Shown here: positions 30,668-40,441 of the stretch, piece by piece
Numbering within the stretch: position 1 is the stretch's first letter
Layout: each line of letters starts with the position of its first letter
Translations under genes and position numbers: made by a program
Assembly (NCBI GenBank): GCA_016191845.1
Contig: JACPVF010000015.1
Coordinates: 343,258 to 407,257 of the forward strand
Source: Chloroflexota bacterium
GTDB lineage: Bacteria; Chloroflexota; Anaerolineae; Anaerolineales; Villigracilaceae
Direction of reading: 5' to 3'
DNA length: 64,000 nucleotides
The notes under the pieces: model-generated
Databases searched by the model: none
Told to the model about the DNA's origin: nothing
What the model saw: the letters and a program-made list of their open reading frames with translations, nothing else

Positions 30668-31681
30668 TCACTTGCAACCGCAGGAATTGCGGACGATCAC
30701 CTCGGTGGGGAGCAGGGTCAACGCTTCAGCCTGCTCGCCGCGAATCAGACGAACCAGTTGCCTGACCGCTTCGCGCCCGACCTGTTCGATGGGCGCGCGG
30801 ACGGTCGTCAGCGCGGGGGCGAGGAACGGGGCGAAGGGCACGTCGTCGAAACCGACCACAGCCACATCGTCGGGGATGCGGCGGCCCGCTGCCTGGAGCG
30901 CAGTAAACACCCCCAGCGCGGATTCATCATCCCCGCTGAAGACGGCATCGAAATCCACGCCGCGAGCTATCATCTCCCCGACGGCTGCCTCGGCGGTCTG
31001 ACGGTCGAACGCGCCCACGCGGATCAGCTCTTCGTCAACGGGCAGACCGTTGGCTTCGAGCGCCTCGCAATAGCCGCGCTCGCGCCAGAGTGAGTCCTCG
31101 TGGCGCTCGGGTCCGCGCAGATAAACGATGCGGCGCCGTCCATGCACTTTGATCAGATGATCGACAATGCGGAAGGCGCCGTCCTTGTTTTCGATGGTGA
31201 TGGTGGGAATCTCGTAGCCCGCGACCGATTGATGCATCAGCACCAACGGCAGGCCGAGCATGTGCAGCCGTTCGATCTCGTCCGCTTCGAGGCTGTCAGT
31301 GAAGATGAGCAGGCCGTCGGTGTTGTGTTCGCCGAGCGGCGGATGCGCGCGTGACGCGCTGGAAGGCTCGCCCGTGACGTGAATGAGCAGGTCGAAACCT
31401 GCCTCGCGGGCGGCGGCTTCGATGCCGCGCAGCATGGGCGAAAAGAACGCGTCGCTGATCTCGGGCAGCAGTAGGCCGATGGTGTTGGTCCGTCGGCTGG
31501 CCAGGACGCGCGCCGCCGTGCGGGGCACATACTTCAGCGCGCGGATGGCTTCCTGCACGCGTTCGGCGGTCTCGCCCACGACGGGCGTGCTGCCATTCAG
31601 CACGCGGCTGACCGTGGCGATCGAAACACCCGCCTGGCGGGCGACATCGGCAATCGTAGGGGGACGGTTAGGGGTATTCAT
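30668..31681 (-). CDS. LacI-family transcriptional regulator
   Basis: It has PTIADVARQAGVSIATVSRVLNG (HTH) followed by a periplasmic-binding-fold sugar sensor domain. Confidence 0.93.
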   Translation of the reverse strand: MNTPNRPPTIADVARQAGVSIATVSRVLNGSTPVVGETAERVQEAIRALKYVPRTAARVLASRRTNTIGLLLPEISDAFFSPMLRGIEAAAREAGFDLLIHVTGEPSSASRAHPPLGEHNTDGLLIFTDSLEADEIERLHMLGLPLVLMHQSVAGYEIPTITIENKDGAFRIVDHLIKVHGRRRIVYLRGPERHEDSLWRERGYCEALEANGLPVDEELIRVGAFDRQTAEAAVGEMIARGVDFDAVFSGDDESALGVFTALQAAGRRIPDDVAVVGFDDVPFAPFLAPALTTVRAPIEQVGREAVRQLVRLIRGEQAEALTLLPTEVIVRNSCGCK

Positions 31682-31714
31682 GATGTAAGCGCTTTCTGAA
31701 AGCGCTTACATCAT
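31680..31714. promoter_or_regulatory. 35-bp perfect palindrome containing two LacI/CcpA-type operator-like half-palindromes, abutting the LacI start codon
   Basis: ATGATGTAAGCGCTTTC-T-GAAAGCGCTTACATCAT has 17-bp perfect arms. Each arm is one mismatch from the self-complementary GTAAGCGCTTAC core known from LacI-family/cre operators. Confidence 0.6.
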
Positions 31715-31720
31715 TATAGG

Positions 31721-31759
31721 AAAGAAAAATTCCCGAGTCAATCAGCTCGGGAATTTTTT
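31721..31759 (-). terminator. Rho-independent terminator of the low-GC orphan gene
   Basis: AAAAATTCCCGAG-TCAATCAG-CTCGGGAATTTTT. On the minus strand the hairpin is followed by TTTTTCTTT. Confidence 0.75.
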
Positions 31760-31779
31760 AAGGGAAACGTAGGGTTGTT

Positions 31780-32325
31780 TTACTCTGGCGACCTTTTCGC
31801 GAACAGAGCTAATGCATCGTGCTGGGCTTGGGATAACTGAAATAAAATATTGTGGCTTGTGGGATAGATTTCTGATTTTTCCCACAAATTCCGCCGTACG
31901 CTAGTGGCGATTCCCATTTTCACACCTGTCTGTATTAGTTCATTGGCAAGTGTTTGTGCCTCAAAGAGAAAAACCTTTTCAATCGTCCAGGGACGCACAC
32001 GCTCGCGGGATGTCATTGCACCTGATTTCTGCCCAGTTAATACAAGGTAATAATCTGGGAGAGAATCAGGCGTGATATCCAATATTCCTTCCTGAAAGGC
32101 AAACCACTTGATATTGACAGTATGTCCCTTCAATGGTTCGTCACGGAAATATCCATCACTACTTTTGTGAGAGGCAGATTCCTCAAGCGCAATGTTAAAG
32201 ATTCGGGATGCGATGTGTTCACCAATGTGCCCAATTGCAGCAGGGCGACCAATCAATGCTGTAATCTCGCGCTCGATTTGATTTCGTGTGTCAATCAACC
32301 TGGCAAGTTGTTTCAGATCGTCCAT
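31780..32325 (-). CDS. Hypothetical protein in a low-GC islet (possible PD-(D/E)xK-like fold)
   Basis: The 181-aa ORF has clean boundaries and its own terminator. I could assign no family with confidence. The segment GHIGEHIASRIFNIALEESASHKSSDGYF...GHTVNIKW resembles a D...(N/E)xK nuclease-like core. Confidence 0.6.
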   Translation of the reverse strand: MDDLKQLARLIDTRNQIEREITALIGRPAAIGHIGEHIASRIFNIALEESASHKSSDGYFRDEPLKGHTVNIKWFAFQEGILDITPDSLPDYYLVLTGQKSGAMTSRERVRPWTIEKVFLFEAQTLANELIQTGVKMGIATSVRRNLWEKSEIYPTSHNILFQLSQAQHDALALFAKRSPE

Positions 32326-32357
32326 ATAAAATAACCATTCTTTATTGTTTGGGCTAA

Positions 32358-33287
32358 CTACGGCTTCAACACCTCATCGCTCATCTCGTCCAGTTGAGCC
32401 ACTTCCTCGTCGGTGAGACGCCAGCCGAGGGCGCCCGCGTTTTGCAGGGCCTGGGATTCGTTCTTCGCGCCGGGGATGGGCAGCGTGCCCTTGCAGAGGG
32501 TCCAGTTCAGCGCCACCTGCGCGTTGGACTTGCCGCCGTGGTCCTGACCGATGGTGGTCATCAACTTAAGCAGCGGCGGGATCTTCTTGAGCATCGACGC
32601 ATACTGCGCACCGCGCGCGCCCGCGGGCGGGTTCTCAGCGGAGTATTTTCCCGAGAGCAGACCCATCTCCAGCGGCGAGTAGGCGATCAGGCGTACGCCC
32701 AGTTCCTTGCAGCGCGCCAACAGGCCTTCTTTTTCCACGTTGCGGTGCAGCAGGCTGTAGTGGACCTGGTTGGAGGCCAGCGGAATGTTATGGCGGGCCA
32801 GCGCCGAGTAGGCGGTCATCATCTGGGTCGAGTTGAAGTTCGAGACGCCCACAGTGCGCGTCCAGCCTTTTTCCACGCACACAACCATGCCTTCCATCAT
32901 GTTATCCACGCTCATCAGCGGCGAGGGCCAGTGGATCTGGTACAGGTCCACCGATTCGAGGTTCAAACGTTCGAGGCTGTGTTTGAGAGCATTGGGGATG
33001 GCGCTCTTGAAGAGTCGCCAGGGAAAGTACTTGGTCGCCACCAGCACAGGCTGGTCGGTCTGTTTCAGAAATTCGCCGAGCATGCGCTCGGAACGTCCCG
33101 AGCCGTACACCTCGGCGGTGTCGATGAAGCGGATGCCTTCCTGAAGGGAGACTTCAAAGGCTTTGCGGATGTCGTCGTCGGTGTGGGTACTTCCGTACTG
33201 CCACATCATTCGGTCGCCCCATTGCCAGGCCCCCAGTCCCATTTCGATGGCGTGCAAAAAGCGGGTCTCGTTGCTGATTTCGGTCAT
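32358..33287 (-). CDS. Aldo/keto reductase
   Basis: It has GLGAWQWGD, FIDTAEVYGSGRSE, LDLYQIHWP and NQVHYSLL, typical AKR motifs. Confidence 0.9.
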   Translation of the reverse strand: MTEISNETRFLHAIEMGLGAWQWGDRMMWQYGSTHTDDDIRKAFEVSLQEGIRFIDTAEVYGSGRSERMLGEFLKQTDQPVLVATKYFPWRLFKSAIPNALKHSLERLNLESVDLYQIHWPSPLMSVDNMMEGMVVCVEKGWTRTVGVSNFNSTQMMTAYSALARHNIPLASNQVHYSLLHRNVEKEGLLARCKELGVRLIAYSPLEMGLLSGKYSAENPPAGARGAQYASMLKKIPPLLKLMTTIGQDHGGKSNAQVALNWTLCKGTLPIPGAKNESQALQNAGALGWRLTDEEVAQLDEMSDEVLKP

Positions 33288-33463
33288 GTCGCTCTCCTTG
33301 CGTCGGCTGATTGTATCTTAAAAAATCCCCGCCCTGTGTCCGCCCTTCATAATTCGAGTTACAATCGGGAACGCAAAATCCATTATTGGAACTGATGGAA
33401 CGCAAGCACCCGCTCAACGTAGGGGAGGGGTGCTGGCGCTCCCTGAGTTCCTGGGAGGTTCCC

Positions 33464-34174
33464 GTGAATTCCAATCTTGAGCCGCGGGATATTGAATCCG
33501 CGAAGGACCTGGCCCAACGGCTGGGTTTGCCTGTTTCCAAGGTGGCGTTGTTGACGCGCGCCCTGACGCATCGTTCGTACGTCAACGAGCATGTCGATGC
33601 TCAGGAGGATAACGAACGCCTGGAGTTTCTTGGTGACGCCGTACTCGATTTTGTGGTCGGCGCCTGGGTGTATCATCGCTTTCCCGAGATGCCCGAAGGC
33701 GACCTGACCAAGGTCCGCTCGGCGTATGTCTGCAACGAGCAATTGGCGGTCTTCGCCCGCAAGTTCGACCTGGGGCGCGCCATGCGTCTGGGACGCGGGG
33801 AACTCAACTCGGGCGGCCGCGATCGGGACGGGTTGCTGGGCTCCACCTTCGAGGCAGTCATCGGTGCCTTGTACCTGGAGGCAGGCCTCGGGGCGGCGGA
33901 GAAATTTGTCCATCCGCTGCTGGCCGAGGCGCGCGAGAAGATCCTCGAAGGCCTGGAGGATCCGAAGAGCGAATTCCAGGAATGGACCCAGGCCGAGAAG
34001 ATGGGCACGCCACGCTACAAGGTGGTCGGCTCCAGCGGGCCCGACCATGCCAAGGTCTACGAAGTGGATGTGTCCATCGGTGACAAGGTCCTCGGCAGGG
34101 GTAGCGGATCGAGCAAACAGGCTGCCGAACGTGCTGCCGCTGCAGACGCGCTTAAGAAGTTGAATCTGTTGTAA
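33464..34174 (+). CDS. rnc: Ribonuclease III
   Basis: It has the ERLEFLGDAVL signature, ALTHRSY, and a C-terminal dsRBD (GPDHAKVYEVDV...GSGSSKQAAERAAA). I prefer the GTG at 33464 (GGGAGG lies 5 nt upstream; 236 aa). The longest ORF starts at 33386. Confidence 0.9.
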   Translation: MNSNLEPRDIESAKDLAQRLGLPVSKVALLTRALTHRSYVNEHVDAQEDNERLEFLGDAVLDFVVGAWVYHRFPEMPEGDLTKVRSAYVCNEQLAVFARKFDLGRAMRLGRGELNSGGRDRDGLLGSTFEAVIGALYLEAGLGAAEKFVHPLLAEAREKILEGLEDPKSEFQEWTQAEKMGTPRYKVVGSSGPDHAKVYEVDVSIGDKVLGRGSGSSKQAAERAAAADALKKLNLL

Positions 34175-34224
34175 TTCATTTCTTGGTCGAAGTCCACAGG
34201 CTTTGACTCCATCTGGATTAGTGA

Positions 34225-37200
34225 ATGCCTCTACGTCTAAAATCACTTGAACTGCAAGGCTATAAAACCTTCGCCTCCCGCACTGTATTCGAATTTGCGG
34301 GCGGTATCACGGCTATCGTGGGGCCAAACGGCTCGGGCAAGTCGAACATCGCCGACTCGCTGCGTTGGGTGCTGGGTGAGCAGTCCTATGGCCTGCTGCG
34401 CGGCAAGAAGACCGAGGACATGATCTTCGCGGGCTCCGAACATCGCCCGCGTGCGGGCATGGCCCAGGCCATCATCACCTTCGACAACACCGACCACTGG
34501 CTGCCCGTCGATTTCTCCGAGGTGGCCCTGGCCCGTCATGCCTACCGCGACGGCCGCAACGAATACATGCTCAACGGACAGCACGTCCGCCTGCGTGACA
34601 TCAACGAGTTGCTGGCTCAGGCAGGCCTGAGCGAACGCACCTACACCATCCTCGGCCAGGGCATGGTCGACGCATCGCTGGCCCTCAAAGCCGACGAGCG
34701 CCGCCGTCTGTTCGAGGAAGCCGCGGGCGTGGGACTGTACCGCACCCGCCGCGAGGAGGCGCTCAAACGCCTCGAAAATACCGAACGCAACCTCGAGCGC
34801 GTGCTCGACATCATGGCCGAGCTCGAACCGCGTCTGCGCTCGCTCGAACGTCAGGCGCGCCGCGCCATCGAGTACACCCAGGCGCAGGCCACGTTGAAGG
34901 TCATCCTGCGCGAGTGGTATGGTTATCACTGGCACCGTGCCCAGCGCGACCTCTCCGACATCCGCGAGACCGTGCGTCAGCAGGAAGCCCGTCTGCGCGA
35001 GACGCGCACGGCGCATCAGCAGGCGCAATCCGAGTACATGACCTTCCGCGAGCGGCTGACGGGGCTGCGGGCACAACTCAACGCGTGGCACCGCCAGTCG
35101 GCCGAACTGCACAATCAGCGTGAGACCATCAACCGCGAACTGGCCGTGCTCGAAGAACGCCGCCGCGCGTTGACCGCCTCGCAGGGCTCGTCCCAGGCTG
35201 ACGGGGAACGTTTGGCCGACGAACTGCGCGTCGCGCAGGAACGCCTGGCCGAAGTCGAAGGGGAGACGGGCCGCGTGCAGGCCGAGTACGACGAGGCTAA
35301 AAGCCAGTTAGCCGCCGCGCAATCCGCGCTGCAAACCCGCCAGACCGACCGTCAGGCGCTGGAAGGACAACTGCAAGCCTCCCGCCGCGAGATCGACAAG
35401 CTCAACTCGCAGCGCACCAGCGCCCAGGCCCGCCAGGATGAACTCAAGGCGCGCATCGAGGCGCTCGGGCAGAAGATCGATTCGACCAAGCAAGCCATTG
35501 CCACGGCGGAAACTGCCGCGCGCAAGGCCGAAGACCAACTCAAGTCGGCGCGTGCCAAACGTGAACGCGCGGATGCCGAGCTGAAGCTGGCCGAATCCAC
35601 GCTGGAAGAAAAGAAACGTATCGTCGAGGAGATGGACCTCGAGCGCCGCGACGCGCTGGATACCCGCGCGCGCATCGAGTCCGATCACTCGCGTCTGCAC
35701 GCTCAACTCGACGTGCTCGAACAGGCTGAACAATCGCTGGCAGGGTATGCCGAAGGCGCGCGCTTCCTGCTGGACGCCGCCCGCCAGTCCAAATTGACGG
35801 GAGCACGGGGCGCTCTGAGCGCCGCGCTGGATGTCCCCGCCGAGCTGGAAACCGCCATCGCCGCCGCCCTCGGCGACGCCGTGGATGCCGTGCTGCTCGA
35901 CGCGGGTCAGAGCGAGAACGCGCTCAGCCTGCTCGAATCGGATGAGTCGGGGCGCGCGGCCTTGCTGCCGATGGAAGCGCTCGTGGCGGGGCAATCCCTG
36001 CCGCGCCCGAACGACCCCGATTGCCTCGGTATCGCCGCGGAGCTGGTCAACGCGCCCGAGGAATTGCGCGCGGCGGTCAGCGTGCTGCTCGGCCAGGCGC
36101 TGATCGTCCGCGACCGTGCGGCGGCGCGTCGTCTCATTGCGGGGCTGCCGACCCAGGCGCGCGTCGTGACCCTGCGCGGGGAAGTTTTCCACGGCGACGG
36201 TCGCATCGTGGCGGGCAAGACCGCCCGCGCCTCGACCTTGAGCCGTCCCCGCCAAAAACGCGAATTAGACTCCGCCCTGAGCGGACTCCGCGCCCGCCTC
36301 GACGAGGCCAACAAGAACGTGGAGATGCTGTCGAATCAACTGGCCGCGTCGCGCCATGACCTGTCGAAGGCTGAGAACGAAGTGCGCGAGACGCGCGTCC
36401 GTTTGGGTGGCGCCCGCGAAACGGAACAGCAGGCGGGGCTGGAAGCCGAGTCCACGCGCAGACAGCTTGAGTGGCAGAACAATCAACTCGAGCAGGTCCA
36501 GGCCGAGGTCCAGGAAGCGGTCAGCTTCCGCCAGACGTTGATCGATTCGCAGGTCGAACTGGAACGCAAATCCGCTGACATGGTCGAGGCGTCCCGTGCG
36601 TTGTCGGGCCAGTTGGCCGAAGTCGCGCTTGACGAACTCCAGCAGCAAGTCGCTTATTGGACGACGCGCGTGGCCGTGGCCGAGCAATCCAGGAGCGGGG
36701 TGGGGTCGCGCATCGAGGAAAGAAGAAAAGAAGCTGAACGGCTGACTTCCCGTCAGGCCGAGTTGGGCACGCGTCAGGGCGAGATCGAGTCGTCTCTGAC
36801 GGAGCTTGAAGCCGAAGAGAAGAGTCTGCACGAGCGCCAGGCTGGCCTGCACGGGCAGATCGAAGAGATGATGGTTCACATCGAGCCTGCCGAGAAGGAT
36901 CTCGAAACCGCCGAACAACAGGAGGCGCAGTTGCAGGAGGCTGAGGCCACTGCGCAGCGTGCGCTGGCCAACACCGAGCGCCTGTTCGGACAGTTGCAGC
37001 TTGACCAGACCCGCCGTCAGGAAGCGCTGGATAACCTGCGCCAGAAGATCATGGACGACTTCGGGCTGGTGATGTTCGAGTATGCTGCCGATGTCTCTGG
37101 CCCCGTGCCGCTGCCGCTGGATGGCATGGTCGAGCAACTGCCGATCGTGACCGAACTCCCGCTTGAATTGGAAGATCAGCTTACCCAGCAGCGTGCGCAA

Positions 37201-37833
37201 CTGCGCCGCATGGGCGCCATTAACCCTGACGCGAAAAAGGAATTTGATTCTGAGACGGAACGTTACACGTTCATGAAGACCCAGGTCGAGGACTTGCGCA
37301 AGGCGCAGGCCGACCTCAAGGTGGTGGTGGCCGAGTTGGACGAGCTGACCAAGCAGGCCTTCTCGAAGACCTTCGACGCCGTGGACAAGCAGTTCCGTGA
37401 GACCTTCGTGCGCCTGTTTGGCGGCGGCTCCGCGCGTCTGGCGCTGACCGACCCTGAGAATCTGGTCGACACGGGCATCGAGATCGAGGCGCGCCTGCCA
37501 GGCCGCCGCGAACAGGGACTGGCGCTGCTCTCGGGCGGCGAACGCAGCCTGACCGCCATCGCGCTGGTCTTCGCGCTGCTCAAGGTTTCGCCCACGCCTG
37601 TCTGCGTGATGGACGAAGTCGACGCGATGCTCGACGAGGCCAACGTGGGCCGCTTCCGCGATTTGCTGATCGACCTGAGCAAGGACACGCAATTCATCAT
37701 CATTACTCACAACCGCAACACCGTGCAGGCCGCGGACGTCATCTACGGCATCACCATGGGCCGCGACTCGGCCAGCCAGATGATCAGCCTCAGGCTCGAT
37801 CAGGTGACGGATGAGATGTTGAGCAGGGGATAG
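34225..37833 (+). CDS. smc: Chromosome partition protein SMC
   Basis: 1202 aa. N-terminal Walker [10 protein letters not shown], long coiled coils, a hinge, and a C-terminal [17 protein letters not shown]...MDEVDAMLD. Confidence 0.95.
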   Translation: MPLRLKSLELQGYKTFASRTVFEFAGGITAIVGPNGSGKSNIADSLRWVLGEQSYGLLRGKKTEDMIFAGSEHRPRAGMAQAIITFDNTDHWLPVDFSEVALARHAYRDGRNEYMLNGQHVRLRDINELLAQAGLSERTYTILGQGMVDASLALKADERRRLFEEAAGVGLYRTRREEALKRLENTERNLERVLDIMAELEPRLRSLERQARRAIEYTQAQATLKVILREWYGYHWHRAQRDLSDIRETVRQQEARLRETRTAHQQAQSEYMTFRERLTGLRAQLNAWHRQSAELHNQRETINRELAVLEERRRALTASQGSSQADGERLADELRVAQERLAEVEGETGRVQAEYDEAKSQLAAAQSALQTRQTDRQALEGQLQASRREIDKLNSQRTSAQARQDELKARIEALGQKIDSTKQAIATAETAARKAEDQLKSARAKRERADAELKLAESTLEEKKRIVEEMDLERRDALDTRARIESDHSRLHAQLDVLEQAEQSLAGYAEGARFLLDAARQSKLTGARGALSAALDVPAELETAIAAALGDAVDAVLLDAGQSENALSLLESDESGRAALLPMEALVAGQSLPRPNDPDCLGIAAELVNAPEELRAAVSVLLGQALIVRDRAAARRLIAGLPTQARVVTLRGEVFHGDGRIVAGKTARASTLSRPRQKRELDSALSGLRARLDEANKNVEMLSNQLAASRHDLSKAENEVRETRVRLGGARETEQQAGLEAESTRRQLEWQNNQLEQVQAEVQEAVSFRQTLIDSQVELERKSADMVEASRALSGQLAEVALDELQQQVAYWTTRVAVAEQSRSGVGSRIEERRKEAERLTSRQAELGTRQGEIESSLTELEAEEKSLHERQAGLHGQIEEMMVHIEPAEKDLETAEQQEAQLQEAEATAQRALANTERLFGQLQLDQTRRQEALDNLRQKIMDDFGLVMFEYAADVSGPVPLPLDGMVEQLPIVTELPLELEDQLTQQRAQLRRMGAINPDAKKEFDSETERYTFMKTQVEDLRKAQADLKVVVAELDELTKQAFSKTFDAVDKQFRETFVRLFGGGSARLALTDPENLVDTGIEIEARLPGRREQGLALLSGGERSLTAIALVFALLKVSPTPVCVMDEVDAMLDEANVGRFRDLLIDLSKDTQFIIITHNRNTVQAADVIYGITMGRDSASQMISLRLDQVTDEMLSRG

Positions 37834-37846
37834 GTTTACGATTTGT

Positions 37847-37925
37847 CAGACTGAGTCGCGATAGCGGCGCAGTCGAAGGACGCGTTTACAAATTATGGGC
37901 GTTTCGACTGCGCTCAACGCGAAAG
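37847..37925. repeat. Dispersed palindromic intergenic repeat, copy B (3' of smc)
   Basis: The left arm is CTGAG[TCGCGATAGCGG]CGCAGTCGAAGGACGC. The right arm is GCGTTTCGACTGCGCTCAACGCGAAAG. Confidence 0.7.
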
Positions 37926-37928
37926 AAT

Positions 37929-37960
37929 GGATCCCGCTTCGAGAGAGGCGGGATTTTTTA
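37929..37960 (+). terminator. Rho-independent terminator of smc
   Basis: GGATCCCGC-TTCGAGAGAG-GCGGGAT followed by TTTTTT. Confidence 0.8.
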
Positions 37961-38016
37961 TGTTCTTCTCCAAGGAGGATGCTGTGCAAGGCTGCCTTGC
38001 GACGGCGTGCTGATTC

Positions 38017-38045
38017 TTGCCTTCCCTCCATTTTCGGTCTATACT
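38017..38045 (+). promoter_or_regulatory. Near-consensus sigma-70 promoter of the formate dehydrogenase genes
   Basis: TTGCCT (38017-38022), a 17-nt spacer, then TATACT (38040-38045). GGAG is at 38055-38058 and the ATG at 38064. Confidence 0.6.
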
Positions 38046-38063
38046 CTCCTTATTGGAGTACAC

Positions 38064-39731
38064 ATGTCAGATATCGATCTCACCCGTCTCCACCCTGCCA
38101 TTGAAGCATACATCCCTCTGGGCCGCTCGGGACTGCTGCCAGCCCTGCATGCGGCCCAGCGCATTTATGGCTGGCTGCCGCAGGAGGTTGCCGCCGAAGT
38201 GGCGCGCAGCCTCGAAGTCCCGCTGGCGGATGTCCACGGGGTGATCGAGTTTTATTCGCTTTTCTATAACGAGCCTGTCGGCAGGCGGATCATCCGCGTG
38301 TGTACAGACCCTGCCTGCGGACTCAAAGGTGCGGATGATATCCTGCGTCACCTGTGCGAGCATCACGGGATCGAGGCAGGCCAGTCGACCCCCGACCTGT
38401 CCCTGACCATCGAGCGGAGTCCCTGCCTGGGATTGTGTGAACAGGCCCCTGCTGCGTTGGTGGACGACAAAGCCGAGACCAACATCGATCTGGATGCAGG
38501 TTCCTACGAATTGGGCCGCCCCAGGTCGATTGTAGGTGGAAGCCTGCGCCTATTGACCGAACATTGTGGAAACGGCACCACCTCGCTGGCAAAGTATGGC
38601 GAGTACATCGCGCTGAAAAAAGCGCTGACCATGAAGCCCGAAGATGTGATTGCCGAGGTCAAGTCTGCGGGATTGGTGGGACGCGGTGGCGCAGCCTTTC
38701 CGACGGGTGTCAAGTGGGAGGGGGCAGCCAAGGCGGACGGCGACCAAAAATATATCGTCTGCAATGCGGATGAGTCCGAGCCGGGTACGTTCAAGGATCG
38801 CATCCTGTTACTGGACGATCCGCACCGCACCATCGAAGGCATGTGCATTGCCGCCCACGCCATCGGCGCGACGAAGGGCTACATTTACCTGCGTGGCGAG
38901 TATCCGTACATTCTGCCTGTGTTGGAGAATGCGTTGACCGAAGCCCGTGCGGCGGGTTACCTCGGCGAACACTTCGACATCGAAGTCCGCCTGGGCGCAG
39001 GCGCGTACATCTGCGGCGAGGAGACGGCCTTGTTCGAGTCCATCGAAGGCAAGCGCGGATTCCCACGCGTCAAGCCGCCCTTCCCGACCACCCACGGGCT
39101 GTTCGGCCAGCCGACCATCATCAACAACGTGGAGACCTTGTGCAACGTGCCGCTCATCCTCCACGAAGGCGCGGCGGGGTACCGAAAGATCGGCACCGAG
39201 AAATCGCCCGGGCCGAAGTTGTTCTGCGTCTCAGGTGATGTGGCACAGCCTGGGTTGTACGAAGTCCCGTTCGGCGTGACGTTGCGTGACCTGCTCGATA
39301 TGGCGGGACTCCATTCCGCCCCGCAGGCTGTCCTGTTTGGCGGGGCGGCAGGTGCGTTTGCCACCTTCGAGCACCTGGATGTTCGATTGACCTTCGAAGA
39401 CCTGCGCGCGGCGGGACTTCCGCTTGGTTCGGGCGTGGTGATGGTCTTCGACGAGTCCCGCGACCTGCGCGACGTGTTGAAGCGGCTGGGCCACTTCTTC
39501 GCGCATGAGTCGTGCGGGAAATGCTATCCCTGCCAGATGGGCACCCAGCGCCAGATGGAAATCCTCGACCGCGTTGCGGTGGGGAAGACCCTCGCAGGCG
39601 ACCTGGAGCGGCTGCAAGATGTCGGCTGGACGATGACGGACGCATCTCTGTGCGGCCTCGGGCAGACGGCGGCGGGGGCGGTGCTCTCGGCGGTTAAGTT
39701 GTGGCCCGGCTTGTTTGACAGTGGACGGTAG
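38064..39731 (+). CDS. Fused NuoE-like [2Fe-2S] and NuoF-like NAD/FMN/[4Fe-4S] subunit (diaphorase of NAD-dependent formate dehydrogenase or hydrogenase type)
   Basis: The N-terminal part has VCTDPAC...CLGLC (NuoE thioredoxin-like cluster). It is followed by [14 protein letters not shown] (FMN site), [12 protein letters not shown] and [12 protein letters not shown] (N3 cluster). The start MSDIDL is at 38064. Confidence 0.9.
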   Translation: MSDIDLTRLHPAIEAYIPLGRSGLLPALHAAQRIYGWLPQEVAAEVARSLEVPLADVHGVIEFYSLFYNEPVGRRIIRVCTDPACGLKGADDILRHLCEHHGIEAGQSTPDLSLTIERSPCLGLCEQAPAALVDDKAETNIDLDAGSYELGRPRSIVGGSLRLLTEHCGNGTTSLAKYGEYIALKKALTMKPEDVIAEVKSAGLVGRGGAAFPTGVKWEGAAKADGDQKYIVCNADESEPGTFKDRILLLDDPHRTIEGMCIAAHAIGATKGYIYLRGEYPYILPVLENALTEARAAGYLGEHFDIEVRLGAGAYICGEETALFESIEGKRGFPRVKPPFPTTHGLFGQPTIINNVETLCNVPLILHEGAAGYRKIGTEKSPGPKLFCVSGDVAQPGLYEVPFGVTLRDLLDMAGLHSAPQAVLFGGAAGAFATFEHLDVRLTFEDLRAAGLPLGSGVVMVFDESRDLRDVLKRLGHFFAHESCGKCYPCQMGTQRQMEILDRVAVGKTLAGDLERLQDVGWTMTDASLCGLGQTAAGAVLSAVKLWPGLFDSGR

Positions 39732-39748
39732 ATCGTGATGGAGATTTC

Positions 39749-40441
39749 ATGACTTCCAAATTATTGATGGATGACAAAGAGATCAGCGTGGAACAGGGAC
39801 AGACCCTGTTGGAAGCCGCGCGCGAGAACGGGATGGACATCCCGACCATCTGCTTCCACGAAGCGACCACGTCCAACGCGTTGTGCCGCATCTGCGTGGT
39901 CGAGGTCGAAGGGATGCGCCTGCTTCAGCCCGCTTGCATTGTCCAGGCAGCGGACGGGATGAAGGTCCAGACAAAAAGCGAACGGGTTGTCCGCGCGCGC
40001 AGGACCATCCTCGAGATGCTGGCCGCCACCATGGACCTGTCCGACGCGCCCGAGATCCTGACCCTGATGGACGAGTATGGCGCGAGAGTCGACCGTTTCC
40101 CCGAAGCGGAGCGGCGCGAATCCGCGCTCAAAGACGACAACCCGATGTACGTCCGCGACTATTCGAAATGCCTGCTGTGCTGGCGCTGCGTGCAGGTCTG
40201 CGCGGACGATGCCCAATATACCTTTGCCATCAACTTCAGCGGGCGTGGCTATGAGACGCAGATCGGCACCTTCTTCGACCGCGCCATCCCCGAGACGACC
40301 TGTGTGCTGTGCGGTCAATGCGTGGGCGTTTGTCCCACGGGTGCGCTCAAGCCCAAGCGCGAGTATCTGCTGGAGCAGGGCATGAGTCCACAGGAGATCA
40401 GCGTGATGAATACGGGTAGAAAGCGAAGGAAGCAGAAATGA
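39749..40441 (+). CDS. NuoG N-terminal-like Fe-S protein ([2Fe-2S] plus two [4Fe-4S] ferredoxin motifs); a detached Fe-S domain of the formate dehydrogenase alpha subunit
   Basis: It has ICFHE...LCRICVVEV...[15 protein letters not shown] and [12 protein letters not shown]. Its stop overlaps the start of the next gene (ATGA). Confidence 0.88.
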   Translation: MTSKLLMDDKEISVEQGQTLLEAARENGMDIPTICFHEATTSNALCRICVVEVEGMRLLQPACIVQAADGMKVQTKSERVVRARRTILEMLAATMDLSDAPEILTLMDEYGARVDRFPEAERRESALKDDNPMYVRDYSKCLLCWRCVQVCADDAQYTFAINFSGRGYETQIGTFFDRAIPETTCVLCGQCVGVCPTGALKPKREYLLEQGMSPQEISVMNTGRKRRKQK

